Positions 43,001 to 54,924 of a stretch of DNA of 64,000 bases are shown one piece after another (positions within the stretch are counted from its first letter, which is position 1; each line of letters starts with the position of its first letter). The notes beneath the pieces were generated by a model, which searched no databases, was not told where the DNA came from, and saw only the letters and a program-made list of their open reading frames with translations. A program made the translations under genes and the position numbers. The stretch comes from Schmidtea nova (Eukaryota), in assembly GCA_044892505.1 (NCBI GenBank), contig CM097884.1:2108001-2172000 (forward strand), given 5' to 3'.

Positions 43001-44673
43001 ATGATATCGCACTTATCGCGACTAATACCTCTGATCTTCAAAAACTCATAGACGTTGCTGTAAATACCGCCAAAACAATTGCATTTGAATATCGTCCAGA
43101 AAAGTGCGCTTATATGCAATATCCTAAAATAGAAACTGTAAGCGAGATCTCTGTCAACAATATACTCATCAAAAAGATTGCAACAAATGAATTTTACCAA
43201 TACTTGGGAGTACCAATAGGTGACAATAATGATCAAAGTCCCTATGAAATTGTTAGCAAAGTAATTGAAGACACAAAGAAAATAGCAAATTCTGATCTTT
43301 ACGGCTGGCAAAAACTTAAAGCGTATAAGGTCTTTCTGCACTCTCGTTTGATCTTTCCATTTAGAACTAGGGAAATCAAAACAAGTTCTTTGACTGATTC
43401 TAGTAAAAATTCAAAAATCAATGTAAATAATACGAGTATCTTGAGAAGTCAGTTTAGAAAAATATTGAACTTGCCACATTACTCTGAAATTAGCTATTTC
43501 TATAATTCTACTGAAAATGGCGGTGCAGGTTGCATAGACTTGATTGACGAATATCATACACAGACGATTGTTTACTTTTTCCGTCTCCTAACATCAACGT
43601 GCGAATATTCGAAAAAGATAAATACTGACTCGTTGTTATTTGTCACAAGACCTAGACTTGGAATCAAAGATCCAGTTCTTAAACAAAGTTTAGAATGGAT
43701 AAATGGAAAGGATAGTAAGAAAAATCACAGCGGTTGCAAAACCCGATTTTATCGACTGCGATCATCTATTGCTTACTTTGCAAAAGTCCACAACATTAAA
43801 CTGTTATTCGAAACAGTCAAAAATAATCCTTCGATTCGAATAACCACTACACTTACAGGAACACGCATATTATTACCGACATTAAGAAAAGCACTGTCAA
43901 TGATTCTTCATTCAGCTCTTCAAAACTCATATCTTGAAAAATGGGAAAAAAGCAATCACAATAATCTGCTTATATCTGCGATTAAACTTTGTCCACTTGT
44001 TAACAAACTTATTTTCCGCAGTGACTTGACTGAATTTGAATGGAGATTCGTCCATCGAGCTAGAACAAATACACTTTCGACATTTGCAAAACCACATAAA
44101 ACCGGTGAAAATCGTCTTTGTCGTAGATGTAAGGTTGAAGACGAAACTATCCTACACGTTCTTCAAACCTGTAAAATGAACAAATCTCTAGCAACTAATC
44201 GACATAACGCTTGCTTAGAAAAAATAAAAAACGAGTTGAAAAATCCAAACTTGTTAGTTGTTGCGGACCATAAATGTTCTCTTGTACCAACATCATCTGA
44301 GCGCGTTGATTTAATAATAACCAATAATGAGAAAAAGACGATATTATTGGTAGACATGAAATGTCCAATTGATTCTTTGCCCAACTTTGACTTGGCTGAT
44401 AAAATGAATATTGAAAAATATGAAAAACTGAGATCCAAAATTAAACTAGCCAAGCCCGATTATAAAGTTGAGTTGTTTACTTGCATCATAGGCTCTTTAG
44501 GTTCCATTGAAGTAAAGACTCCTGATCTTCTAGTTAAAATGGGCGTAAAAGAAAATAATGTTAAACGTCTGATGAAAGAGTGTGCAATAAGCAATATTGC
44601 GCACTCGGCCAAAATTTGGTTCTTTCACACCAATGGCTTTCTACCAGATGATACAAGACAAACGTGTAAATAA
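40063..44673 (+). CDS. E6 ORF2 (intact)
   Basis: Ulp1 triad, YADD, CCHC and RLE motifs present. Confidence 0.93.
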   Translation: MPASAQSSANPSNETDAESTLKNNLSNIDDRDPEVWFSDNDIDWYLENHIDNSKHGYIKCFIVNIICSNITEDIVKIPLSITNAEIVFCPLNINNSHWILFVYCKKMLSSYFIDPIFANKQKSINKQMAQRINLKLNTFFNLNVSVSRHPHKHLEYQNNSFDCGPFTCAYAVIISKDLNSFPNGFIEKIRTSVHENQNRMQITESTLFAGTNSKMDLTKINIKKALAKKKVITNTSDMTKVLNTQKPCVSSIISKYYESNSKITVLSAELTLNLIAQNTSFIADNVTFKQFKGIDHVISIIPKFNDWCLFVYSIKLDRSYMFDFNYRNIDERLIEIGEKITEYLNQFTLVSKIKFTPHHRISHPTFHSYDDQYFASSFIVFFEKLVFERILDNDKVYDSLSDLKYQSCKDLSPSLSFVNGKISDKIIEEYFASLNLSTKYILLNTTMCSALSDDCTEYLKDFVNMECMMKATVIFVIISPPRAHDLLMVIDYDADEHYLLSPVTNDLFVMTEGFCYKLLIKINEIRESTGRALKSRNCRHDVKGSGLFSRLLICAFIKYYAFDRSLENINLHEIGKIIYSLVPLVDKNDNAEEERRLKSKAVNSLKLNLKQRIEKANYLIISFEHASIDEIISGILSNIPRLKDLNTEHIRTPYLGTKIEKARKFKNSTEFLSNMKKTVYRILGNNTESIAPPFQEIIDTFSHPDTLPRNWENILKFTKTSKTSLELNPMTPKEILSSLGKADNTSPGLDNVCYKDLLLLDPECKLLTFLYNKILKLDIIPTSWKSFKTILIPKPDKNGQYHKISSWRPIALLSVIYKVFASVLANRLSLWIRNNSMLHIGQKGGSEYEGCIEHNSILSAIVEHSKYSTSSPLTIAWLDIKDAFGSVPHDYMWTLLKHINVSDRFVSILKLLYTDTSSFYCCNKMQTPDIPIKKGVKQGCPISMILFAIAINPVLDAINLSNVNPFMIGTSPVQVLAYADDIALIATNTSDLQKLIDVAVNTAKTIAFEYRPEKCAYMQYPKIETVSEISVNNILIKKIATNEFYQYLGVPIGDNNDQSPYEIVSKVIEDTKKIANSDLYGWQKLKAYKVFLHSRLIFPFRTREIKTSSLTDSSKNSKINVNNTSILRSQFRKILNLPHYSEISYFYNSTENGGAGCIDLIDEYHTQTIVYFFRLLTSTCEYSKKINTDSLLFVTRPRLGIKDPVLKQSLEWINGKDSKKNHSGCKTRFYRLRSSIAYFAKVHNIKLLFETVKNNPSIRITTTLTGTRILLPTLRKALSMILHSALQNSYLEKWEKSNHNNLLISAIKLCPLVNKLIFRSDLTEFEWRFVHRARTNTLSTFAKPHKTGENRLCRRCKVEDETILHVLQTCKMNKSLATNRHNACLEKIKNELKNPNLLVVADHKCSLVPTSSERVDLIITNNEKKTILLVDMKCPIDSLPNFDLADKMNIEKYEKLRSKIKLAKPDYKVELFTCIIGSLGSIEVKTPDLLVKMGVKENNVKRLMKECAISNIAHSAKIWFFHTNGFLPDDTRQTCK

Positions 44674-45040
44674 AATTTATAAACATACAAATAATTACTT
44701 TTTTTCCTCTAAAACTGTAAATAAAAATTAAAGTAAATATTTTGTAAAGTTATTTTAAATAAAAATTTTTTTTTTTTTCTCTAAATCTGATAAATTGTCT
44801 CTGAGAGTTGTTGGAGTAAGAGACCAAATTGTCTGCGATGCTTGTTATATAATTTAGACCTCTCAAATACTGAAGAAAGCAGTCGCAAAGCTGGATGACG
44901 AAATCCAAAGATACAGAAAAACTCCTGCAGATTGAACAATTATATATATATTTGTTATGTGATTGTTTGAGGACTAATCCATGTTGATTAGATCATCTGT
45001 ACAAAAATATTCAAATTTGTTATATTTAATAAATGTTTTA

Positions 45041-45094
45041 TATGATACTCGCTTAGGGTGCGAGTGGTCCCGGGTTCAAATCCCGGCTGAGCCC
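45041..45094 (+). pseudogene. trnP: 3' half of tRNA-Pro interrupted by E6
   Basis: tRNA nt 19-72. Confidence 0.95.
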
Positions 45095-45446
45095 TTTATT
45101 TTTTACAAAACGATACAAATTTCAAATTCGACTTTCGACGAAATTATCATCGGTTATTTATCGAATGAATATCGGGAAAAAGAGAAAAGCGTAAAATTCA
45201 AAATATAAAGACAACAACATGAAGAATTGACGAGAATACAAGTTTAATCAAATACAAGGTTCGATTGAGTTTGTGATGAAAGAAAACGAAAATTGGGAAA
45301 TGGGAATTAAGATTAAAAAAATCTATTACAACAAAAAGAGGACATTTGTTGAATTGAATAATTGAAAAATCACGTGACAAAACATGAAATGGATGATGAT
45401 TTATTGAAAATAATTAAGACGGTCAACTTTTGATGAATTGACATGA

Positions 45447-45518
45447 GGCTCAGTGGTCTAGGGGTATGATACTCGCTTAGGGTGCGAGTGGTCCCGGGTT
45501 CAAATCCCGGCTGAGCCC
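45447..45518 (+). tRNA. trnP: tRNA-Pro(AGG), intact
   Basis: Identical cloverleaf. Confidence 0.97.
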
Positions 45519-45870
45519 TTTATTTTTTACAAAACGATACAAATTTCAAATTCGACTTTCGACGAAATTATCATCGGTTATTTATCGAATGAATATCGGG
45601 AAAAAGAGAAAAGCGTAAAATTCAAAATATAAAGACAACAACATGAAGAATTGACGAGAATACAAGTTTAATCAAATACAAGGTTCGATTGAGTTTGTGA
45701 TGAAAGAAAACGAAAATTGGGAAATGGGAATTAAGATTAAAAAAATCTATTACAACAAAAAGAGGACATTTGTTGAATTGAATAATTGAAAAATCACGTG
45801 ACAAAACATGAAATGGATGATGATTTATTGAAAATAATTAAGACGGTCAACTTTTGATGAATTGACATGA

Positions 45871-45942
45871 GGCTCAGTGGTCTAGGGGTATGATACTCGC
45901 TTAGGGTGCGAGTGGTCCCGGGTTCAAGTCCCGGCTGAGCCC
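45871..45942 (+). tRNA. trnP: tRNA-Pro(AGG), intact, T-loop variant TTCAAGT
   Basis: A>G at 45928 (Sprinzl position 59, a variable position). Confidence 0.93.
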
Positions 45943-46294
45943 TTTATTTTTTACAAAACGATACAAATTTCAAATTCGACTTTCGACGAAATTATCATCG
46001 GTTATTTATCGAATGAATATCGGGAAAAAGAGAAAAGCGTAAAATTCAAAATATAAAGACAACAACATGAAGAATTGACGAGAATACAAGTTTAATCAAA
46101 TACAAGGTTCGATTGAGTTTGTGATGAAAGAAAACGAAAATTGGGAAATGGGAATTAAGATTAAAAAAATCTATTACAACAAAAAGAGGACATTTGTTGA
46201 ATTGAATAATTGAAAAATCACGTGACAAAACATGAAATGGATGATGATTTATTGAAAATAATTAAGACGGTCAACTTTTGATGAATTGACATGA

Positions 46295-46366
46295 GGCTCA
46301 GTGGTCTAGGGGTATGATACTCGCTTAGGGTGCGAGTGGTCCCGGGTTCAAATCCCGGCTGAGCCC
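46295..46366 (+). tRNA. trnP: tRNA-Pro(AGG), intact
   Basis: Identical cloverleaf. Confidence 0.97.
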
Positions 46367-46718
46367 TTTATTTTTTACAAAACGATACAAATTTCAAATT
46401 CGACTTTCGACGAAATTATCATCGGTTATTTATCGAATGAATATCGGGAAAAAGAGAAAAGCGTAAAATTCAAAATATAAAGACAACAACATGAAGAATT
46501 GACGAGAATACAAGTTTAATCAAATACAAGGTTCGATTGAGTTTGTGATGAAAGAAAACGAAAATTGGGAAATGGGAATTAAGATTAAAAAAATCTATTA
46601 CAACAAAAAGAGGACATTTGTTGAATTGAATAATTGAAAAATCACGTGACAAAACATGAAATGGATGATGATTTATTGAAAATAATTAAGACGGTCAACT
46701 TTTGATGAATTCACATGA

Positions 46719-46790
46719 GGCTCAGTGGTCTAGGGGTATGATACTCGCTTAGGGTGCGAGTGGTCCCGGGTTCAAATCCCGGCTGAGCCC
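46719..46790 (+). tRNA. trnP: tRNA-Pro(AGG), intact
   Basis: Identical cloverleaf. Confidence 0.97.
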
Positions 46791-47142
46791 TTTATTTTTT
46801 ACAAAACGATACAAATTTCAAATTCGACTTTCGACGAAATTATCATCGGTTATTTATCGAATGAATATCGGGAAAAAGAGAAAAGCGTAAAATTCAAAAT
46901 ATAAAGACAACAACATGAAGAATTGACGAGAATACAAGTTTAATCAAATACAAGGTTCGATTGAGTTTGTGATGAAAGAAAACGAAAATTGGGAAATGGG
47001 AATTAAGATTAAAAAAATCTATTACAACAAAAAGAGGACATTTGTTGAATTGAATAATTGAAAAATCACGTGACAAAACATGAAATGGATGATGATTTAT
47101 TGAAAATAATTAAGACGGTCAACTTTTGATGAATTGACATGA

Positions 47143-47214
47143 GGCTCAGTGGTCTAGGGGTATGATACTCGCTTAGGGTGCGAGTGGTCCCGGGTTCAAA
47201 TCCCGGCTGAGCCC
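47143..47214 (+). tRNA. trnP: tRNA-Pro(AGG), intact
   Basis: Identical cloverleaf. Confidence 0.97.
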
Positions 47215-47566
47215 TTTATTTTTTACAAAACGATACAAATTTCAAATTCGACTTTCGACGAAATTATCATCGGTTATTTATCGAATGAATATCGGGAAAA
47301 AGAGAAAAGCGTAAAATTCAAAATATAAAGACAACAACATGAAGAATTGACGAGAATACAAGTTTAATCAAATACAAGGTTCGATTGAGTTTGTGATGAA
47401 AGAAAACGAAAATTGGGAAATGGGAATTAAGATTAAAAAAATCTATTACAACAAAAAGAGGACATTTGTTGAATTGAATAATTGAAAAATCACGTGACAA
47501 AACATGAAATGGATGATGATTTATTGAAAATAATTAAGACGGTCAACTTTTGATGAATTGACATGA

Positions 47567-47587
47567 GGCTCAGTGGTCTAGGGGTAT
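47567..47587 (+). pseudogene. trnP: 5' half of tRNA-Pro interrupted by E7
   Basis: tRNA nt 1-21. Confidence 0.95.
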
Positions 47588-47667
47588 AATTTCGTAGGAA
47601 AAGAAAGACTGATTGTGAATTTAAAATTATAGATTACTGAATAATTGAATTGCTAAAGAAGAAAAAC

Positions 47668-50307
47668 ATGCCTCAATCACTTGCTGCTCTGTAAACTGCT
47701 GCTGATGTGTTGACTCAGTCTATTGAAAATCAGTCAACTGTGACGAAGCATTGTGCATTGGAAAACATTGTTAAATGTCAAATTTCCAACTTGCAATGTT
47801 TTCAGTCTTTTTTGGATAACTTTTTTCAATTGCATTGTGGAAATCGTTCTTCTGCATCAGTTCTTTCTGATGCTAATGCAAATCAACGGAGTTCTTCCTT
47901 CGATCAAGGATCAAAAAATTCTCAAGGACAATCTGAGAACATGCCAATTTCTTATCCTGATATTGAGAATAAATTTCCTAACTCAAAGGATTTATTGATT
48001 GTCAAGCGCCTGGATTCATTGGAGGCTCTATTTTTGAACATGGCTGAAAAGGTAGATTATTTGGTTTCTTGTTTTAATGGCTCTGTAGATAATTTATCAG
48101 ATTTTCGTAAAATAAATGAAAATATTTTAAATAATTATCTTTTTAATAAAAATAAAGTTCTTGATATAAAAGATAATATAAATGTAAATAATATATGTTC
48201 TAATAAATTAAATACTTTGGATTCTTCTGAAAATAATAGTGTAAATAAAACAAATATTTTATCAGATGTATATAATAATAAGATCCTTAATTCGAATAGT
48301 AAATTTTCTAATAATTCTCCTGAAGATAAATTTAAAAATGTAAATATTTCAAGAGATAATGCTTCAATTGATTTAAATAACGCGAAAATTATTCCAACTG
48401 AAAACCTAGAAATAATTATCAAAAATAATAAAAAATCCGTTAAAATCATAGACTCTAGTAAAACAAATAAAAACAAAATTGATAAATTTGAATTTAAAAG
48501 TCTGGTTCGTATTTTAACGAAAAGAGAACGCCAGCAAATCTTGAATGCTTTTCCTGCCTTGATACAAATGATTAAAAAGAAGGAATCGCAAAATAAATAT
48601 ATTGAAATAAATAAATTTCTTTCTGGTAAAGAATGTAATGTTAATATCCTAAATGTAAATAATTTTGAATATTTCTTTTATAGGAATTTCAATATTTGTG
48701 TGTCCTTAAAATTGAATGAGGCTTCTGTAATTTCATCAGCACCGAAACCCGTTGTTTCAAAAACTATTAAATTAATTGACCATAATATCGTCAAAATAGA
48801 TTCTGAAATCGCTGACTTTGTTCAAGCTCCAATGTCAATTCGAAAATTTCTATTCAATCTTTCGGATGATCTTTCAAACACTGTTTCCATCAAGGATGAT
48901 AAACATAGGGGAAATAAAATAAATAGCATTCTTACTTCGATGAAACAAAAACAACAACTGCCAGATTATTTAATAAAATCTAATATTAAATACGAAAATG
49001 GCGAGTTTTTATTATTAGATTTAACTAACTCAGATGTCAAATTGAAAGACGATAATAATTTATTAAAATCAAATTTTTCTGAACTTTCTAGAAGTCAGAT
49101 TAAGAATCTTTACAATTCATATCCTTCTCTTAAGGAAGTTTGTTTCGTTGAAAATCTAGAAACAAGATCCTCATCAGTTAGTAAAATGATTGACTCTTTA
49201 AAAATTAATAATGAATTTCCAAAAAATATAATTTATAAAGAGGGTAAATTTTATCAATCTGATAAAAAACTAATTTCTCCCAGTAGTTCTCCTGACATAA
49301 TGTTCAACCTTGGTCTGTTTGATTTAGCTAGTATGAGTAAAAAAGATAGTGAGTTAAAATCCATCTTAGAGAAGACTGGTTGTGACTTTAAAATAGTTGA
49401 AATAATATTCTACCTCAACTATTTGGGTTTGACTCGATCTTTGGATTTTAGCAAAAATCAAATTTATTCTGATTATGTAAGGAATTACATCTGTAATTGC
49501 GGCTTAATAAACTCACTCTGTAGTATTGCTGATGTTGATTTGCTTTCACCTGAGGATTTTGAGGGTTGGGCGACCGAAATTGTTCAGAAAATCCCAGTTT
49601 CTTCCTATTACTTCAATAGCTGTCAGGAAAAGCTTTTAAAGTTGAAACAATGGGACATTTCAACTAAAATCAAAAAAATCCATAACGTTATTTCACCTGA
49701 AATAATTTCTTATTTAAATAAATTTCTTAACTCTGTAGACGTAAAATTTCCAGCTAAATCTCAACAAAATAATATTTTAATTAAATTAATGAAAGTTATC
49801 AATGACATTAAAATTGTTGATGACATACACGGAAATAAAGCAAAAAGACTTGTTTACTTTTTGCTGAGAGACGCCAAGATATATTTGAATAAAAATAAAC
49901 GATTTAGATTATTTGAATCGAGCAATAAATATTGCACTTCAGAAATGGGGAAATTAATTATAGTGATAATTGAGAACCTCAACAAAGTTACTGACAATGA
50001 AATTATTACTCCTACAAGCACAGTTGAAGAAAAGCCAATTGAAAAAATTTTTGATCCTGAACCTATTGTTTTGATTGAAGAAAAAAGTTGCTTAAGATGC
50101 AACAATATCATTGACAATTGCATTCTAGTTAGAGATGGAACAAACATCAACATCTGTGAAAGTTGCATATTTGATGCAATCTCTTCTGCGAAGCCGATTA
50201 CCGAAGCTCCTCATTCAGATATAGAAGAAGATATAGAAATAATTAGTAAGAAATCTTGTCCAAAAACCAGAAAAACAGACAAGAAAACATCAACAAAAGC
50301 GAAATGA
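47668..50307 (+). pseudogene. E7 ORF1 with an early stop
   Basis: ATG CCT CAA TCA CTT GCT GCT CTG TAA; the remainder is open (47707-50307). Confidence 0.8.
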
Positions 50308-50313
50308 AGATGT

Positions 50314-53300
50314 GTGCCTGCATCAGCTCAATCTTCTGCGAATCCCTCTAATGAGACTGATGCAGAAAGCACATTAAAAAATAATCTTTCAAATATCGAT
50401 GATCGTGATCCTGAAGTGTGGTTTTCTGATAATGATATTGATTGGTATCTAGAAAACCACATTGACAATCCAAAGCATGGATACATTAAATGCTTTATAG
50501 TAAATATCATCTGTTCTAACATTACAGAAGATATTGTTAAAATTCCACCTTCTATTACCAATGCTGAAATTGTGTTTTGTCCACTTAATATTAACAATTC
50601 GCACTGGATTCTTTTTGTTTATTGTAAGAAAATGCTGTCTTCTTACTTTATTGACCCAATCTTTGCGAACAAACAAAAGCCAATCAATAAACAAATGGCT
50701 CAAAGAATTAATCTAAAACTGAATACATTTTTCAATCTAAATGTATCAGTTTCCCGTCATCCACACAAACATCTTGAATATCAGAATAACAGCTTTGACT
50801 GTGGCCCATTTACGTGTGCTTATGCTGTGATTATCAGTAAAGATTTGAACAGCTTTCCAAATGGGTTCATAGAGAAAATTCGTACCAGTGTGCATGAAAA
50901 TCAAAATCGTATGCAAATAACCGAATCCACCTTATTTGCTGGTACTAATTCCAAGATGGACTTGACCAAAATAAATATCAAGAAAGCTCTTGCAAAAAAG
51001 AAAGTTATCACCAACACCTCAGATATGACCAAAGTATTGAACACTCAAAAACCGTGTGTGTCATCAATAATTAGTAAATATTACGAAAGTAATTCTAAAA
51101 TAACAGTATTATCTGCTGAACTAACTTTAAACCTAATTGCACAAAATAACTCCTTCATAGCTGATAATGTCACTTTCAAGCAGTTCAAAGGAATCGATCA
51201 TGTTATAAGCATCATTCCTAAATTTAACGATTGGTGTCTCTTTGTCTATTCGATTAAACTTGACAGGAGCTACATGTTCGACTTCAATTATCGAAACATT
51301 GATGAAAGGCTAATTGAAATTGGTGAAAAGATAACTGAATATCTGAATCAATTCACTCTTGTTTCTAAAATAAAATTCACACCTCATCATAGAATTTCTC
51401 ATTCAACATTTCATTCTTATGATGATCAATATTTTGCAAGTTCTTTTATTGTATTTTTTGAGAAACTTGTCTTTGAAAGAATACTGGACAATGATAAGGT
51501 TTATGACTCATTAAGTGCTTTAAAATATCAGTCTTGTAAAGATCTTTCTCCTAGCCTAAGTTTCATTAATGGTAAAATATCCGACAAAATTATTGAGGAA
51601 TATTTTGCTAGCCTAAACTTATCGACCAAATATATTCTTCTAAACACAACAATGTGTAGTGCACTTTCAGATGATTGCACTGAATACTTGAAAGACTTTG
51701 TAAACATTGAGTGCATGATGAAGGCCACTGTTATCTTTGTAATCATTTCTCCTCCAAGAGCCCACGACTTGCTCATGGTTATTGATTACGACGCTGATGA
51801 GCACTATTTATTAAGCCCAGTCACTAATGACTTGTTCGTTATGACTGAAGGATTCTGCTATAAATTACTAATTAAAATTAATGAGATTAGAGAGAGCACA
51901 GGACGTGCTTTGAAATCGCGTAATTGTCGACATGACGTTAAAGGTTCTGGCTTATTTAGTAGGTTATTAATCTGTGCCTTTATTAAATATTATGCATTTG
52001 ACCGATCTCTAGAAAATATCAACCTACATGAAATTGGCAAAATTATCTACTCACTTGTGCCATTAGTTGATAAAAATGATAATGCTGAGGAAGAAAGACG
52101 ACTAAAATCAAAAGCTGTAAACTCTTTAAAACTAAATTTAAAACAGCGAATAGAAAAAGCGAATAATCTTATAATTTCACTTGAACACGCCAGTATTGAT
52201 GAAATCATAAGTGGCATTCTTTCAAATATTCCTCGCCTTAAAGATTTGAACACCGAACACATTCGTACACCATATTTAGGTACTAAAATAGAAAAAGCTA
52301 GGAAATTCAAAAATTCCACTGAATTTCTGTCAAACATGAAAAAGACTGTGTATAGGATTTTGGGTAACAACACAGAATCGATTGCACCTCCTTTCCAGGA
52401 AATTATTGACACTTTCAGTCATCCTGATACATTACCTAGAAATTGGGAAAACATCTTAAAGTTTACAAAAACTTCTAAAACTAGTCTTGAATTAAATCCA
52501 ATGACACCTAAAGAAATCCTGTCAAGTCTTGGCAAAGCTGACAACACTTCTCCAGGTCTTGATAATGTCTGTTATAAAGATCTTTTGCTATTAGACCCTG
52601 AATGTAAATTGTTAACTTTTCTTTACAATAAAATCCTAAAATTAGATATTATTCCCACAAGTTGGAAATCATTTAAAACTATACTGATTCCAAAACCAGA
52701 TAAAAATGGCCAATATCATAAAATATCTTCTTGGCGACCAATTGCTTTATTATCTGTGATTTACAAAGTTTTCGCTTCAGTTTTGGCCAATCGCCTTAGT
52801 TTGTGGATAAGAAATAATTCCATGTTACATATTGGCCAAAAGGGTGGTTCAGAATACGAAGGATGTATTGAACACAACTCTATCCTTTCTGCTATCGTCG
52901 AACACTCAAAATATAGCACATCATCACCTTTAACGATAGCTTGGCTAGACATCAAAGATGCCTTTGGAAGTGTGCCACATGATTACATGTGGACACTATT
53001 AAAACACATAAATGTTAGTGATAGATTTGTGAGCATTTTAAAACTGCTCTATACTGACACGAGCTCGTTCTATTGTTGCAATAAAATGCAGACACCAGAC
53101 ATTCCAATAAAGAAAGGTGTTAAACAAGGTTGTCCGATCTCAATGATATTGTTTGCAATAGCTATTAACCCAGTACTTGACGCTATTAATTTGTCAAACG
53201 TCAATCCTTTTATGATAGGAACGTCTCCGGTACAGGTGTTGGCTTATGCGGATGATATCGCACTTATCGCGACTAATACCTCTGATCTTCAGAAACTCAT

Positions 53301-54924
53301 AGACGTTGCTGTAAATACCGCCAAAACAATTGCATTTGAATATCGTCCAGAAAAGTGCGCTTATATGCAATATCCTAAAATAGAAACTGTAAGCGAGATC
53401 TCTGTCAACAATATACTCATCAAAAAGATTGCAACAAATGAATTTTACCAATACTTGGGAGTACCAATAGGTGACAATAATGATCAAAGTCCCTATGAAA
53501 TTGTTAGCAAAGTAATTGAAGACACAAAGAAAATAGCAAATTCTGATCTTTACGGCTGGCAAAAACTTAAAGCGTATAAGGTCTTTCTGCACTCTCGTTT
53601 GATCTTTCCATTTAGAACTAGGGAAATCAAAACAAGTTCTTTGACTGATTCAAGTAAAAATTCAAAAATCAATGTAAATAATACGAGTATCTTGAGAAGT
53701 CAGTTTAGAAAAATATTGAACTTGCCACACTATTCTGAGATTAGCTATTTCTATAATTCTACTGAAAATGGCGGTGCAGGTTGCATAGACTTACTTGACG
53801 AATATCATACACAGACGATTGTTTACTTTTTCCGTCTCCTAACATCAACGTGCGAATATTCGAAAAAGATAAATACTGACTCGTTGTTATTTGTCACAAG
53901 ACCTAGACTTGGAATCAAAGATCCAGTTCTTAAACAAAGTTTAGAATGGATAAATGGAAAGGATAGTAAGAAAAATCACAGCGGATGCAAAACCCGATTT
54001 TATCGACTGCGATCATCTATTGCTTACTTTGCAAAAGTCCACAACATTAAACTGTTATTCGAAACAGTCAAAAATAATCCTTCGATTCGAATAACCACTA
54101 CACTTACAGGAACACGCATATTATTACCGACATTAAGAAAAGCACTGTCAATGATTCTTCATTCAGCTCTTCAAGACTCATATCTTGAAAAATGGGAAAA
54201 AAGCAATCACAATAATCTGCTTATATCTGCGATTAAACTTTGTCCACTTGTTAACAAACTTATTTTCCGCAGTGACTTGACTGAATTTGAATGGAGATTC
54301 GTCCATCGAGCTAGAACAAATACACTTTCGACATTTGCAAAACCACATAAAACCGGTGAAAATCGTCTTTGTCGTAGATGTAAGGTTGAAGACGAAACTA
54401 TCCTACACGTTCTTCAAACCTGTAAAATGAACAAATCTCTAGCAACTAATCGACATAACGCTTGCTTAGAAAAAATAAAAAACGAGTTGAAAAATCCAAA
54501 CTTGTTAGTTGTTGCGGACCATAAATGTTCTCTTGTACCAACATCCTCTGAGCGCGTTGATTTAATAATAACCAATAATGAGAAAAAGACGATATTATTG
54601 GTAGACATGAAATGTCCAATTGATTCTTTGCCCAACTTTGACTTGGCTGATAAAATGAATATTGAAAAATATGAAAAACTGAGATCCGAAATTAAACTAG
54701 CCAAGCCCGATTATAAAGTTGAGTTGTTTACTTGCATCATAGGCTCTTTAGGTTCCATTGAAGTAAAGACTCCTGATCTTCTAGTTAAAATGGGCGTAAA
54801 AGAAAATAATGTTAAACGTCTGATGAAAGAGTGTGCAATAAGCAATATTGCGCACTCGGCCAAAATTTGGTTCTTTCACACCAATGGCTTTCTACCAGAT
54901 GATACAAGACAAACGTGTAAATAA
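50314..54924 (+). CDS. E7 ORF2 (intact frame)
   Basis: Ulp1 triad, YADD, CCHC and RLE motifs present. Confidence 0.92.
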   Translation: MPASAQSSANPSNETDAESTLKNNLSNIDDRDPEVWFSDNDIDWYLENHIDNPKHGYIKCFIVNIICSNITEDIVKIPPSITNAEIVFCPLNINNSHWILFVYCKKMLSSYFIDPIFANKQKPINKQMAQRINLKLNTFFNLNVSVSRHPHKHLEYQNNSFDCGPFTCAYAVIISKDLNSFPNGFIEKIRTSVHENQNRMQITESTLFAGTNSKMDLTKINIKKALAKKKVITNTSDMTKVLNTQKPCVSSIISKYYESNSKITVLSAELTLNLIAQNNSFIADNVTFKQFKGIDHVISIIPKFNDWCLFVYSIKLDRSYMFDFNYRNIDERLIEIGEKITEYLNQFTLVSKIKFTPHHRISHSTFHSYDDQYFASSFIVFFEKLVFERILDNDKVYDSLSALKYQSCKDLSPSLSFINGKISDKIIEEYFASLNLSTKYILLNTTMCSALSDDCTEYLKDFVNIECMMKATVIFVIISPPRAHDLLMVIDYDADEHYLLSPVTNDLFVMTEGFCYKLLIKINEIRESTGRALKSRNCRHDVKGSGLFSRLLICAFIKYYAFDRSLENINLHEIGKIIYSLVPLVDKNDNAEEERRLKSKAVNSLKLNLKQRIEKANNLIISLEHASIDEIISGILSNIPRLKDLNTEHIRTPYLGTKIEKARKFKNSTEFLSNMKKTVYRILGNNTESIAPPFQEIIDTFSHPDTLPRNWENILKFTKTSKTSLELNPMTPKEILSSLGKADNTSPGLDNVCYKDLLLLDPECKLLTFLYNKILKLDIIPTSWKSFKTILIPKPDKNGQYHKISSWRPIALLSVIYKVFASVLANRLSLWIRNNSMLHIGQKGGSEYEGCIEHNSILSAIVEHSKYSTSSPLTIAWLDIKDAFGSVPHDYMWTLLKHINVSDRFVSILKLLYTDTSSFYCCNKMQTPDIPIKKGVKQGCPISMILFAIAINPVLDAINLSNVNPFMIGTSPVQVLAYADDIALIATNTSDLQKLIDVAVNTAKTIAFEYRPEKCAYMQYPKIETVSEISVNNILIKKIATNEFYQYLGVPIGDNNDQSPYEIVSKVIEDTKKIANSDLYGWQKLKAYKVFLHSRLIFPFRTREIKTSSLTDSSKNSKINVNNTSILRSQFRKILNLPHYSEISYFYNSTENGGAGCIDLLDEYHTQTIVYFFRLLTSTCEYSKKINTDSLLFVTRPRLGIKDPVLKQSLEWINGKDSKKNHSGCKTRFYRLRSSIAYFAKVHNIKLLFETVKNNPSIRITTTLTGTRILLPTLRKALSMILHSALQDSYLEKWEKSNHNNLLISAIKLCPLVNKLIFRSDLTEFEWRFVHRARTNTLSTFAKPHKTGENRLCRRCKVEDETILHVLQTCKMNKSLATNRHNACLEKIKNELKNPNLLVVADHKCSLVPTSSERVDLIITNNEKKTILLVDMKCPIDSLPNFDLADKMNIEKYEKLRSEIKLAKPDYKVELFTCIIGSLGSIEVKTPDLLVKMGVKENNVKRLMKECAISNIAHSAKIWFFHTNGFLPDDTRQTCK

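Larger units (their letters stand above)
37337..45040 (+). mobile_element. E6: full-length element, both ORFs intact
   Basis: ORF1 37417-40056 and ORF2 40063-44673 both open. Confidence 0.95.
45041..47587 (+). repeat. tRNA-Pro array segment, six 424-bp units (five intact genes)
   Basis: Exact 424-bp periodicity. Confidence 0.98.

Noticed and set aside
45041-47587. CRISPR-like array
   Set aside because: The 424-bp units are identical throughout, with no unique spacers and no cas genes; this is a tRNA gene array
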